DNA from: Vulcanimicrobiota bacterium
GTDB lineage: Bacteria > Vulcanimicrobiota > Vulcanimicrobiia > Eremiobacterales > Eremiobacteraceae
Reading direction: 5' to 3'
Length of the DNA: 64,000 nucleotides
Assembly: GCA_963812135.1 (NCBI GenBank)
Contig: CAWETU010000001.1
Location: forward strand, 1,440,001 to 1,504,000
In this document: positions 29,815 through 39,681 of the stretch, one piece after another
Layout: each line of letters starts with the position of its first letter
Position numbering within the stretch: position 1 is the first letter of the stretch
Translations under genes and position numbers: made by a program
Notes under the pieces: generated by a model
What the model was told of the DNA's origin: nothing
What the model saw: only the letters and a program-made list of their open reading frames with translations
The model's database searches: none

Positions 29815-31269
29815 GTGGCTGACAGAGCAATGATGCAAGAAAAAAAACAAGTCAAGAACATTCCGCCCAAAGCGGACGATCTCTCCGAGTGGTACACGCA
29901 AGTGTGCTTGCGTGCGCAGCTGGTCGACTATACGCCGGTGCGCGGCTGCATCGCGCTGCGCCCCTACGGTTTTGCGATCTGGGAATTGATCCAAGCCGAG
30001 TTCGACAAGCGCTTTAAAGCGACCGGACACCAAAACGCCTACTTCCCGCTGCTGATCCCGGAGAGTCTGCTCGTCAAAGAAGCGGAGCACGTCGAGGGTT
30101 TCGCGCCGGAGGTCGCGTGGGTGACGCGCGGCGGCGGCGAGGAGCTCACCGAGCGGCTCGCGATCCGGCCGACGTCGGAAGCGATCATCGGCACGATGTA
30201 CTCGCGCTGGATCCAATCGCACCGCGACTTGCCCGTCTTGATCAACCAGTGGTGCAACGTCGTGCGCTGGGAGAAGGCGACGCGGCCGTTCCTGCGCACG
30301 CTCGAGTTCTTGTGGCAAGAAGGCCATACCGTTCACGCCTCCGAGGCCGAAGCGGCGGAAGAAGTGCAACGCATGCTGGAGATCTATCGCGAGGTCGCCG
30401 AGGACGTGCTCGCGTTGCCGGTGATTAAAGGCCGCAAGAGCGAGAACGAGAGGTTCGCGGGCGCGGTCGCGACCTACGCGATCGAGGCGCTCATGCCGGA
30501 CGGCAAAGCGCTGCAGGCCGGCACGTCGCACGAATTCGGACAGAACTTCGCAAAGGCATACGACATCACGTTCACCGACGTCGACGAACAGGTGAAGCAC
30601 GCGTACACGACCTCGTGGGGCGTCTCGTGGCGCGTGATCGGCGGCCTTATCATGGCGCACGGCGACGATCATGGCCTGGTCTTGCCGCCCGACGTCGCGC
30701 CGCATCAAGTCGTGATCGTGCCCATCCTCAAGAAGGGCGACGAGAGCGTCATGCCGGCGGCGCAACGGCTGGCCGACGAGCTGCGCGCGGTCGCCCGCGT
30801 CAAGCTCGATGACCGCGTCGAACAAAGCGCCGCCTGGAAGTTCAACGAGTGGGAGATGCGCGGCGTGCCGCTGCGGATCGAGATCGGGCCGCGCGACGTC
30901 GCCGCCGGCACCGTGACGCTCGCGCGCCGCGACACGCTCGAGAAATCAACGCTGCCTGCGGGCGACATCGCGGCCAAATTGCCCGGCCTGCTCGACGAGA
31001 TCCGCCAATCGCTCTACGCACGCGCGCGCGCGCATCGCGATGCGCACACGATCGAGGCGACGCAGCGCGAAGCATTTGTCGAGGCGCTCAAACGTCAGGA
31101 TGGGTTCGTCCTCGCGCCGTGGTGCGAGCGGCCCGAGTGCGAGCTCGATATCAAAGCGGAGACCAGCGCGGTGACCAGAGTCATGGCCGGCGACGCTCCG
31201 GCGGGCGCGACGTGCGCGTATTGCGGCAAGCCGGCGCGCGTCAAAGCCTATTTTGCTCGATCGTATTAA
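29815..31269 (+). CDS. proS: Proline--tRNA ligase (archaeal/eukaryotic-type)
   Basis: HVEGFAPEVAWVT, RPTSE, FLRTLEFLWQEGHT, QAGTSH; C-terminal Zn-binding Cys; ends in ARSY. Confidence 0.97.
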   Translation: MADRAMMQEKKQVKNIPPKADDLSEWYTQVCLRAQLVDYTPVRGCIALRPYGFAIWELIQAEFDKRFKATGHQNAYFPLLIPESLLVKEAEHVEGFAPEVAWVTRGGGEELTERLAIRPTSEAIIGTMYSRWIQSHRDLPVLINQWCNVVRWEKATRPFLRTLEFLWQEGHTVHASEAEAAEEVQRMLEIYREVAEDVLALPVIKGRKSENERFAGAVATYAIEALMPDGKALQAGTSHEFGQNFAKAYDITFTDVDEQVKHAYTTSWGVSWRVIGGLIMAHGDDHGLVLPPDVAPHQVVIVPILKKGDESVMPAAQRLADELRAVARVKLDDRVEQSAAWKFNEWEMRGVPLRIEIGPRDVAAGTVTLARRDTLEKSTLPAGDIAAKLPGLLDEIRQSLYARARAHRDAHTIEATQREAFVEALKRQDGFVLAPWCERPECELDIKAETSAVTRVMAGDAPAGATCAYCGKPARVKAYFARSY

Positions 31270-32497
31270 CAGAGCGATTCGATACGGCGCGCTTAGCGTC
31301 GCGCTCTTGCTGAGCGCGAGCCTCGCTCGCGCCGACACGGCGGCGCAGCCTGTGGCGGCGATCCTCATGTACCACCATGTCTCTGACACGGTGCTGCCGG
31401 GGCCGTATGCGCGCGCGCTGACCGTGCAGCCGGCGGAATTCGCACGCCAGCTGCAATGGCTGCGTAGCGCCGGGTGCGAGACCGTCACGGTCGATACGAT
31501 CGTCGCGGATGTGCGCTCGGCGCCGTTGCGTCACTGCGAGATCGCGATCACCTTTGATGACGGCTACGTCGACGACGTCGCCGCAGCCGCGCAGCTCGCA
31601 GGCGCGGGCGACACGGCGACGCTGTACGTGAGCTCGGGCTTGGTGGGGACGCCGGGGCACGTGAGCCGAGCACAACTCTCCACGCTCGCGGGCAATGGGT
31701 TGCAGATAGGCGCGCACACGATCAGCCACGTCGACCTGACGACGCTCGGCGATGCGCAGGCGGCGCACGAGATCGCCGGGTCGCGTGCCACGCTCGCAGC
31801 GTGGTCCGGCACGGGCATCGATAGCTTCGCGTATCCCGCCGGGCGTTACGATGCGCGAGTCGAGCGCCTCGTGCGCGCATCGGGCTTTCAAAACGCCGCG
31901 ACCACGCAGCCCGGGCGAGTCACATCCGCCGCGCTTGCCGACCTGTACGCGTTGCCGCGTTATCGGATCGAACGCGACACGGGCGCCGCGGTGCTCGCGC
32001 GCGTCGTGGGCTCGCCGGGAACACCCGGCCCGTCGCCGCAAGAGCTGCGCTCGATCGCGCGCAGCCGCGCTGAGGGGAACGACCCGCTGCTCGCCGAACG
32101 CATCGGCGCCGCTCTCCTGAACGCGTCGTACCCGGAACCGTTGCTCAAGGTGCGCGTGCTGCGCATCGCGGATGCGACGTTCGTCGGGCTTATGCTCTCA
32201 GGCGTGAAGCTGCACGCGCGCGTCGATCGCGCACAATTCGAGGCCGATGTCGGCGGGATGGTCGACCGCGCGTTTGCGGCGCGACCCGACATCGCCGAAG
32301 TCGACGTGTGGGCGGTCGAGCCGCTCGAAGTGCAGCCGAGCGCCGACGTCTCGGGCGACTATGCGGTGCCGACGACGCGCACGGTGTTCTCCTGCGCGGT
32401 GACGCGCGCACAAGCGCGGGCCGCCGCGTCGCGGACACAGATGCTGGGAACGATGTATTGGGGACCGAGCTTTTTGAAGGAAGAACGCGCACCATGA
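31253..32497 (+). CDS. Secreted polysaccharide deacetylase (CE4) with extra C-terminal domain
   Basis: Signal peptide, ILMYHHV, TFDDG, AHTISH, FAYPAG. Start uncertain. Confidence 0.88.
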   Translation: MLDRINRAIRYGALSVALLLSASLARADTAAQPVAAILMYHHVSDTVLPGPYARALTVQPAEFARQLQWLRSAGCETVTVDTIVADVRSAPLRHCEIAITFDDGYVDDVAAAAQLAGAGDTATLYVSSGLVGTPGHVSRAQLSTLAGNGLQIGAHTISHVDLTTLGDAQAAHEIAGSRATLAAWSGTGIDSFAYPAGRYDARVERLVRASGFQNAATTQPGRVTSAALADLYALPRYRIERDTGAAVLARVVGSPGTPGPSPQELRSIARSRAEGNDPLLAERIGAALLNASYPEPLLKVRVLRIADATFVGLMLSGVKLHARVDRAQFEADVGGMVDRAFAARPDIAEVDVWAVEPLEVQPSADVSGDYAVPTTRTVFSCAVTRAQARAAASRTQMLGTMYWGPSFLKEERAP

Positions 32498-33774
32498 GCG
32501 CCGAGCCCAACTACCAGAAGACGACGCTTGCAAACGGCGTGCGGGTGATCACCGAGCACATGCCGTTGGTGCGCAGCGCGAGCATCGGGCTCTGGGTCGG
32601 CGTCGGTTCGTCGCACGAGACATCGCAACTGCGCGGCATCAGCCATTGCATCGAGCACATGCTCTTCAAAGGGACCCGAAGCAGAAGCGCGCGAGAGATC
32701 GCGGAGTTCATGGACTCGATCGGCGGCAACCTCAATGCCTTCACCGACAAAGAGACGACGTGCTACCATGCGCGCGTCGTCGACGCGTCCGTCGACGTGA
32801 CGCTGGACCTGCTCGGCGACATGTTCCTCAATTCTGTGTTCGACCCGGTCGAGCTGCGCAAAGAGCAGCAGGTCATCCTCGAAGAGATCCGCATGTACGA
32901 CGACTCACCTGAAGAAGTCGCCCACGACTTGTTCATCCGTTCGGTGTGGGCGGGCAGTCCGCTTGGCGAACCGACGATCGGCTACGAAGAGACCGTGACG
33001 GCCGTGACCCAAGAGGCGATCCGCGCGTACATGCGCGAGCGTTACACGCCTGACTCCGTCGTGCTCACCGCGGCCGGCAACGTCGATCATGAGGCGATCG
33101 CCGCGCAAGCGCAGACGCTATTCGGCGGCATGACCGGGCGCAACGCGGGCGGCGATCCGCCGCAGCCGCGTTTTGTGCCGGCGAACGTCGTCAGCCGCAA
33201 GGACACGGAGCAGGTCTATGTTTTGTTCGGCACCGAGGGCGCGAGCGCCAAGGATGATCGCCGCTATCCGCTGACGCTGCTCGATACGACGCTCGGCGGC
33301 GGCATGGCGTCGCGTCTCTTCCATGAGATCCGCGAGAAACGAGGCCTCGCCTATAGCGTCTACTCATCGCACAATCCGTATCGGAACGCCGGGCTGATGA
33401 CGATCGCCGCCTCGACCTCTCCCAAGAACGCCCGCGAAGTCGTGGCGCTCGTGCGCGAGGAGTTGGCGCGCATGGCTGCGGACGGCGTCAGCGACGACGA
33501 ACTCATGCGCGCCAAGCAACACGTCAAGGGCGGACTGCTCCTCTCGCTAGAGAGCACGAGCACGCGCATGCTGCGACTCGGCCGCAGCGAATTGAACGTC
33601 GGCCGCCACGTCGCCGCGACCGAGATCATCGAGCACATCGACGGTTCATCGAAAGCGGACGTCGACGGGCTTGCCACGGCGCTCTTCGGCGCGGAGCGCA
33701 CCGCGTTGACGGTCGTGGGACCGGTCGACGAACGCTTCGGCGAGGACGCGCAGCTGCTCGAGCAGTCGGCCTAA
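32494..33774 (+). CDS. M16 family zinc peptidase
   Basis: HCIEHMLFKGT (HxxEH), NAFTDKE, SRLFHEIREKRGLAYSV. Start at ATG 32494. Confidence 0.95.
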   Translation: MSAEPNYQKTTLANGVRVITEHMPLVRSASIGLWVGVGSSHETSQLRGISHCIEHMLFKGTRSRSAREIAEFMDSIGGNLNAFTDKETTCYHARVVDASVDVTLDLLGDMFLNSVFDPVELRKEQQVILEEIRMYDDSPEEVAHDLFIRSVWAGSPLGEPTIGYEETVTAVTQEAIRAYMRERYTPDSVVLTAAGNVDHEAIAAQAQTLFGGMTGRNAGGDPPQPRFVPANVVSRKDTEQVYVLFGTEGASAKDDRRYPLTLLDTTLGGGMASRLFHEIREKRGLAYSVYSSHNPYRNAGLMTIAASTSPKNAREVVALVREELARMAADGVSDDELMRAKQHVKGGLLLSLESTSTRMLRLGRSELNVGRHVAATEIIEHIDGSSKADVDGLATALFGAERTALTVVGPVDERFGEDAQLLEQSA

Positions 33775-33797
33775 AGCGTGACCGGAACGACGTCGGC

Positions 33798-34622
33798 ATG
33801 AGCCCTGGCGTCTTCGTCATCATCACCGCGCTGTTGTACATGTTCGCCACTGCGCTGCAGATGGGGACCAATGCAGCACGCCTTGCGGGCGTGCGCACGA
33901 AGCGCGTGGCGACCGGCCTGACGCTGTTCAATCTCTTCGGCACGACCGGCCGCTTCCTCAATCTGTTCTATTTGCCGCTCATCGGCAGCCTCGCCGACAA
34001 AGCCGGCAGGCTCAACGATCCCAAGATGTTCGAGACTGACATGCGGTGGGTCATGGGCGCAGCCACCATCGGCATCGTCCTGGGCGGCGCACTCATCCCG
34101 TGGGCGAGCCGCACGCTGGTGCGCGGCATCGCTTCGTTCGAACGCCGCGGTTCGCTGCTGCATGCGCTCGCGCAGCTCTTCCGCCCGAGCGTGTTGATGT
34201 CGGTGCTGCGCGACTTCGAGCTGCCGCGCCTATCGATGTTGCGCTACAACCCAGCAAATCTGCCCAAGGGATTCTTGGTCTGGAACATCGTCGTCATGGC
34301 GTTCTGGGTGGCCGGGCCGCTCGCCGCGTATTATGCCGGCGTGCTCGAACCCGACTACCGGCTCACGGCGGCATCGCTTTCGGGTCTCATCACCGGCATC
34401 TCGACGTTGACGCTGACCTACATCGTCGATCCGACGTCGGCATTGATCACCGATCAGACCGCGCACGGCATCAGGCCCGAATCCGACATGAAGGCGATGA
34501 TCCTCTATCTCGTGCTCACCGCGTTGATCGGCACGCTCGTCGCGCAGCTGCTGCTCGTCCCTGCAGCGGACATCATCAGCGTGTCGGCGAAATGGGTGAA
34601 CGATGCCCACATCCATTTCTAG
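33798..34622 (+). CDS. Lipid II flippase Amj family (DUF2837)
   Basis: ARLAGVRTKRVA..LTLFN, TAASLSGLITGIST...VDP..ALITDQ, GTLVAQLL.VPAA. Confidence 0.8.
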   Translation: MSPGVFVIITALLYMFATALQMGTNAARLAGVRTKRVATGLTLFNLFGTTGRFLNLFYLPLIGSLADKAGRLNDPKMFETDMRWVMGAATIGIVLGGALIPWASRTLVRGIASFERRGSLLHALAQLFRPSVLMSVLRDFELPRLSMLRYNPANLPKGFLVWNIVVMAFWVAGPLAAYYAGVLEPDYRLTAASLSGLITGISTLTLTYIVDPTSALITDQTAHGIRPESDMKAMILYLVLTALIGTLVAQLLLVPAADIISVSAKWVNDAHIHF

Positions 34623-35280
34623 ATCGAAAAGCGCGCTCTTCATCGCGCTCGTCGCCGCTGCGTTAGGCCTTTCCAGCTGCACCGCCGGATTCAAGGACCG
34701 TATCGTCGACCTGCGCAACGCGCAAGCCGACGCCGCGATGCAGAACAACAACATCGTCGAAGCGGAAAAAGAGTACAGCCTTGCGCTCGCGCTCGCGCCC
34801 AACAACGAGCACGCCCGCACGGGTTTGGCGCGGGTGGCCACCCTCCACGCGAGGTCGGACCTCGAAGCGGGGGACATCGACGGCGCGCAAATAGAGATCC
34901 AAAAGGCGCTCAAGTACGCGCCGAAAGACGCCACGGCGCTCGATCTGGCTCCCGCCATCGATCAAGCGAGGATCAGGCGCGACGTCGTGATCGCGAACTT
35001 TCCGCTGTACAAGGCGTCTGGCGATGTGATTCGCGAACTGCTCGCTTCGAACGCGCTCGAAAACAAGAATATCCAACAGCAGCTGCACCTTTTCAACGCG
35101 GACTTCGACGTGGCGCACCTGCGCAAGGCGATCGCGTTGTCGACGGATCTCGAGGACGAGACCCATCGCGTGACGTTGCGGCTCAACGCGCTGCGCGTGC
35201 AGACGGAAGCTGGTGTGGGTCCAGGTGAGACGCGCTCGCAGTCGTCGGAGTCTGTGCCCGGTCTGCTGCCGATCCCCTAA
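34603..35280 (+). CDS. TPR-repeat lipoprotein
   Basis: Lipobox LSSC; AEKEYSLALALAPNN and ALKYAPKD helical repeats. Confidence 0.75.
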   Translation: MPTSISRSKSALFIALVAAALGLSSCTAGFKDRIVDLRNAQADAAMQNNNIVEAEKEYSLALALAPNNEHARTGLARVATLHARSDLEAGDIDGAQIEIQKALKYAPKDATALDLAPAIDQARIRRDVVIANFPLYKASGDVIRELLASNALENKNIQQQLHLFNADFDVAHLRKAIALSTDLEDETHRVTLRLNALRVQTEAGVGPGETRSQSSESVPGLLPIP

Positions 35281-35284
35281 AAGC

Positions 35285-35485
35285 TTAGCGGGGAGATTCG
35301 TCAGGGCAGCCGACGTGGCCGCACTGGCAAGGCCCATCACCGCGGCCGGTTCCCTCGCCCACGCAGTATTCCGAACAGAACTGCGCCGTCGTGCGATCCT
35401 CGTCGAGGTTGCAGCCGCACACTTCGTTGGCGCACGGCCGGTCGCGCGTCTGCTCGCGCTCGGCCTCGAGCCGTTTCTCCATCAT
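35285..35485 (-). CDS. Small Cys-rich metallothionein-like protein (66 aa)
   Basis: CANEVCGC...FCSEYC...CQCGHVGC; ATG overlaps the upstream stop (ATGA). Confidence 0.7.
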   Translation of the reverse strand: MMEKRLEAEREQTRDRPCANEVCGCNLDEDRTTAQFCSEYCVGEGTGRGDGPCQCGHVGCPDESPR

Positions 35486-36111
35486 GCTTTGCTTTTCTCC
35501 GGGTCCGGCGACTGGTAAACGGTTCCCATGAGCCGCGCCGCAGTCTTGGATAGGGGCGGATCGATTCGCTTGACGCCGGACGGATAGGTGTCCGGGTGCG
35601 TCTCGAGATAGGCGCGTGAGATCGATGCGATGTATTCGAAGTTGTCCCAGATCGAGCGCTCGCCGCTCGCCGCACGCGTGAGCGCGATGAGCGGCTCGAG
35701 CCGCGCCCATGTCAACGCCACGTTCCACGAATAGACGTCAAGGAAGAGCGTTCGCTCGACGATGCCGTTCTTCACCAGCACCCCGAGGTTCTCAAACGTG
35801 TTGCCGACGAGAATCGCTGCCGCGCGGACGGCCTCATAAGGATGGTGCGACGGAGGAGTCTCCTGACGGGCGATCGAGATGCAATACCCGCAGAACTCGG
35901 GATCTTGGTGCAGACCGCCCAGCTCCTTGCGGATGGCGTCCTCGGCGTCGCGGAAATCCTTGCTGTCGAACTCGTTTTGCAACGACAGCAGCGCCGTGAT
36001 CTGATTGCCCATCCGCATGTGACGCAGCTGGACGATGGCGGCGATAGCGGTCGCGCCGATGACCGTCGCGGTCACGAGCGACGCGAGCGTGTTCATGAGT
36101 TCGAGCGACAT
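35482..36111 (-). CDS. DUF4760-like single-TM protein, paralog 3
   Basis: MSLELMNTLAS..IGATAIAAIVQLRHMRMGNQ, FENLG, WDNFEYIA, YPSGVKR; GGAGG ribosome-binding site. Confidence 0.75.
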   Translation of the reverse strand: MSLELMNTLASLVTATVIGATAIAAIVQLRHMRMGNQITALLSLQNEFDSKDFRDAEDAIRKELGGLHQDPEFCGYCISIARQETPPSHHPYEAVRAAAILVGNTFENLGVLVKNGIVERTLFLDVYSWNVALTWARLEPLIALTRAASGERSIWDNFEYIASISRAYLETHPDTYPSGVKRIDPPLSKTAARLMGTVYQSPDPEKSKA

Positions 36112-36137
36112 GCAGCCTCCCCGGTCGTGTACGTTCT

Positions 36138-36162
36138 CGTTCGAATAAACTCGACCGCTACA
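36138..36162 (-). repeat. REP-like palindrome overlapping the stop codon of the GT-C gene
   Basis: CGTTCGAATAAACTCGACCGCTACA; its GTAG provides the TAG stop. Confidence 0.75.
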
Positions 36163-37636
36163 TTTTCGGTTTGGTCATATCGTAGACGGGCCAGCCGGAC
36201 GGGTTCGGGATCTGCTCGAAGCCTTGCAGATACGAGTAGAGCGCGCCGTTCGCCTTGAGCCGCTCGGGTTCTACCGCCACGAAGTAGCGCGCACCTTTGC
36301 GCACCGCGCTCTCCATGTCGAACGGCGTCCAGACGAGCGGATCCTCTTCCCACCCCTTGCGGTTGATGAGGTAGAGGACGTCCGGACCATAGTGGCCCAT
36401 CACGATGATGCTGCCCGGCGCCAGCGTTTTGTCGAGCGACGATGCCGATGCGTACACGCGCCGGCTCCAGGTGTAATAGGGATGCACCTGCAGCATGCCC
36501 ACATAGGCGGCGAAGAACACGATCGCCGCAATGCCGGCGCACGCCCAACGTGAAACCGGTTGGGGCGCGATCTGGCGCCACACGTTCTCAACGCCTAATC
36601 CAGCGACCAATGCCGCGAGCGGCAGCCATGGCAGCAGGTAGTAGTCGACCCGTTCGACGTTGACGACGACGAACGCATATAAACAAAGGACCGCGACCCA
36701 CGAACCGAGCAGCCAATCGCGCTCGCGCCGCGATTCGCTCGGCGGCAAGAGCGCCGCGCCGATGAGCGCCAGCGAGAACAGCACCGGACCGAGTATCGTG
36801 CTCGCGAGCATGCGCAGCAGCTCGAGCGAGCTCTTGAGCGCGGCGACGAACGCGCCCGGGCTCGACAGCGCCGCGCCCAACGCCGGCAGCACGTGTTTTT
36901 GCGTGATGCCGCTGAACCAATGCCACTCGGCGATCGACCGCACGTGCTGGAAGTAGAGCGCGAACGGCACGAGCGTGCCGGCGACGAATGCGTACAGCGA
37001 CCAGTCGCGCAGCGCGCGCCAGCCCGCGTGCGCGAAGAGCACGGCGACGATCGGCACCAGGACGAGCAGCGCCGGGGGTTTGGCGAGCCAGGCCAGCGCG
37101 CCGAATCCGGCAGCAAGCGCGAAGTCCGCCGGCGCGCGCCGCATGCACCAGCGCCACCAGAACAGCAGCGTCCCCGTCATGAAGAACACCATGACGCTGT
37201 CGGGCGTGAACGTGCGACCATAGTAGACGGCGCCTGGCGCGATGGCGAAGAGCAACGCCGCGACCAGCCCGGCGCGCCGGTTCGCCAGTTCCGCGCCGAA
37301 CAGGTAGAGCAGCACGATCGTGCCGAGGCTGAACGCCATGACGAGCAGGCGGCCGATCGCCGGATGCACCCCGAACACGCGATAGAACTGCGCTGCGGTG
37401 TACGGCACGATCTGCAGCTCAAGCTCGATGTAGTTGGGCGGCGGGCCGTCATAATCGACCTGTGGATAGAAGATGTTGTTCTGCAGCTGCGCGAAATTGC
37501 GCGCGATCGCGGCTTGATCGCCTTGACGCCAGCCCGGATGATCGAGGATCGGATCGCGGACGTGATACAGGCGCAACGCGCAGCCCAGCAGCACGATCGC
37601 GCCCAGCGCTAACGCGGTCAGCCGGGGCGCGGTCAC
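36158..37636 (-). CDS. ArnT/PMT-like GT-C membrane glycosyltransferase
   Basis: HPGWRQGDQAAIARNF, multi-TM, YYGRTFTPD, YYLLPWLP. Confidence 0.85.
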   Translation of the reverse strand: MTAPRLTALALGAIVLLGCALRLYHVRDPILDHPGWRQGDQAAIARNFAQLQNNIFYPQVDYDGPPPNYIELELQIVPYTAAQFYRVFGVHPAIGRLLVMAFSLGTIVLLYLFGAELANRRAGLVAALLFAIAPGAVYYGRTFTPDSVMVFFMTGTLLFWWRWCMRRAPADFALAAGFGALAWLAKPPALLVLVPIVAVLFAHAGWRALRDWSLYAFVAGTLVPFALYFQHVRSIAEWHWFSGITQKHVLPALGAALSSPGAFVAALKSSLELLRMLASTILGPVLFSLALIGAALLPPSESRRERDWLLGSWVAVLCLYAFVVVNVERVDYYLLPWLPLAALVAGLGVENVWRQIAPQPVSRWACAGIAAIVFFAAYVGMLQVHPYYTWSRRVYASASSLDKTLAPGSIIVMGHYGPDVLYLINRKGWEEDPLVWTPFDMESAVRKGARYFVAVEPERLKANGALYSYLQGFEQIPNPSGWPVYDMTKPKM

Positions 37637-38070
37637 GCTCGGTCTTCGACTGGCTGGTGCGTGTGGCGAAACGTCCAGTATTTATTGAAGAAAAAGTTGA
37701 CGCCCATGCCGCCCACCGTGCCGCACAGCCAGATCAGCGAATTGCGCAACGTGAACGCTGGCAAATACCTGTCGAGCACGCCGGTGATGAGGATGCCCAG
37801 CACCAGCGCGATAGCCGACACGGTGAGGAATTGCGCCAGCTCTTTGCCCATGTGGCCGGTCGACCGGAACGTCCAGCGGCGGTTCCACCAATAGTTGTTG
37901 ATGCCGCCGAGGATGAAGCCGATGGAGAACGCGAGCTTCAGGTCGAGCCGGTAATGCAACAACGCGTGGAAGGCGATGAAGCTGACGATCGCGCCGGAGA
38001 TCCCGACGATGCCGAACTTCACGAACTGGCGCACGCCTCGGCGCGCGGCGAGCTTGCCCGTCAGGCTCAT
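37633..38070 (-). CDS. GtrA family flippase
   Basis: RQFVKFGIVG, NYWWNRRWTF, NFFFNKYWTF. Start at ATG 38070. Confidence 0.92.
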   Translation of the reverse strand: MSLTGKLAARRGVRQFVKFGIVGISGAIVSFIAFHALLHYRLDLKLAFSIGFILGGINNYWWNRRWTFRSTGHMGKELAQFLTVSAIALVLGILITGVLDRYLPAFTLRNSLIWLCGTVGGMGVNFFFNKYWTFRHTHQPVEDRA

Positions 38071-39602
38071 GCGAGCCAGTACCAATCCGCAAACAGGACG
38101 GTGAAGAGACCAAGCAGCGGCAAGAACAGCGAGACGATCGCCGAGTTGACGATCGGGCGGCGCCCCCATAGCGCCAGCAGTATGAACGCAGGAAACACCA
38201 CGAGATCGAAGCGCGGCATGCTCATCAAGCTCGCCGTCGACATCGGCACCAGCATCGACGCGGCGAAATACAGCGAGTACGACGGCCGCAACACCCAGAA
38301 CGAGATCACCATCAACACGAGGAACGACAGCGTGAAGATCAACTCCATCAGATGGTTGATCGTCGAGGGCGATGCCAGCGGATGCGCCGCGATCAGATGC
38401 ACCGTGTTGATGATGCTCACCCACGGCGGCGAAAGGTGCCGGTTCCAGTCGACCTGGATCTTCTGGAACGCCATCGGATCGCCGACCAGCGCATACAGGT
38501 ATCCCATGTAGACGAGCAGACCCGTGGGCACGGCGGCGAGACCGATGATGCCGCGCACGAGCGCGGTGCGTTGGCCGTCGCGAAACGCGCGCCACACCTC
38601 GTACGCGAGGGGCAGCGCGACGAGTATGCCCTCGACGCGCGTCAGCGCGGCAAGCGCGCCGATGACACCGCTCGTGATGAAGTTGCCGCGCCGCGCATAG
38701 TATACGGATGCGACGGTGAGCGCCAGGAACAGCGATTCAGTGTAGATGGCCGAGAAGAAGATGGCCGTCGGGAAGATGGCGATGTAGAAGATCGCATGGA
38801 ACGCGGTGGTGTCGTCGCCGAACTCTTTTTTGGTGAGCGCGTAGAGATAGGCGAGCGCGATCAGGAACGCCACGTTGGAGATGATGAGCCCCGCGATGAG
38901 ATCGTCGCCGATCATCTTGCCGACGAAATGGATCAGCGCCGGATAGAGCGGGAAGAACGCGATGTCTTTACCATGGTACCCGATCGACGCGATGTCGAGA
39001 TAGTGCTGCGCGTCCCAACGGCCCCAGACGTCGAGCAACAAACCATGCTGGGGCGACCAGTGATGGCCGGCGCGCTGTCCGATGACGACGGCGGCGACTG
39101 ACGCGATGATGATGAGCGGCAGGCGCGTCGCGAGGAAGATACCGGTGACGAGCCTGACGGTGCGCACGAAATACGCGAGCACGCCCACCTTGATCGCGAG
39201 GAACGCCGCGAGCACGACGGCCAGCATAAAGGATGCGGAGCCGACCGTGGCCGGGATCTGCAACACGTACAGCCACAGCGCGAAGAACGGCAAGAAGCTG
39301 AGCGCGTCGGCCTGCAGCATGACGTCGGGATCGATGTCGGCCCAGCCCCCGACGACGTTCGAGTAGACGCCCCAGACGAGCAGCGCGAGGATCGCGCCGG
39401 CCGCGAGAAACGCCAACAGCGCGACATCGCTCGCGGCGACGGGCGCGCGTGACGCGAGGACGTACCAGCCGAAGAAGCCTGCGCTCGCGCCTGCCGCCGC
39501 GGTGACGAGGGCGGCGTAACGCGCGGCGGAGGGGACAAAAGAGAAGGGGCCAGCGGTCGTGCGCGTGCCCCGGAATCCCGGTTGACGAGCGGCGTATTGC
39601 AC
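38067..39602 (-). CDS. PIG-V-like (Mannosyl_trans2) GT-C mannosyltransferase
   Basis: [35 protein letters not shown]. Start (GTG 39602) is inferred. Confidence 0.85.
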   Translation of the reverse strand: MQYAARQPGFRGTRTTAGPFSFVPSAARYAALVTAAAGASAGFFGWYVLASRAPVAASDVALLAFLAAGAILALLVWGVYSNVVGGWADIDPDVMLQADALSFLPFFALWLYVLQIPATVGSASFMLAVVLAAFLAIKVGVLAYFVRTVRLVTGIFLATRLPLIIIASVAAVVIGQRAGHHWSPQHGLLLDVWGRWDAQHYLDIASIGYHGKDIAFFPLYPALIHFVGKMIGDDLIAGLIISNVAFLIALAYLYALTKKEFGDDTTAFHAIFYIAIFPTAIFFSAIYTESLFLALTVASVYYARRGNFITSGVIGALAALTRVEGILVALPLAYEVWRAFRDGQRTALVRGIIGLAAVPTGLLVYMGYLYALVGDPMAFQKIQVDWNRHLSPPWVSIINTVHLIAAHPLASPSTINHLMELIFTLSFLVLMVISFWVLRPSYSLYFAASMLVPMSTASLMSMPRFDLVVFPAFILLALWGRRPIVNSAIVSLFLPLLGLFTVLFADWYWLA

Positions 39603-39681
39603 TGTTTCGATGATTCGCCGCGAGGCGCGCGCCCTCCGCCGTTGTCCAGGGATTCGCAAGCGTGTGGTAAATTGGCGGGAC

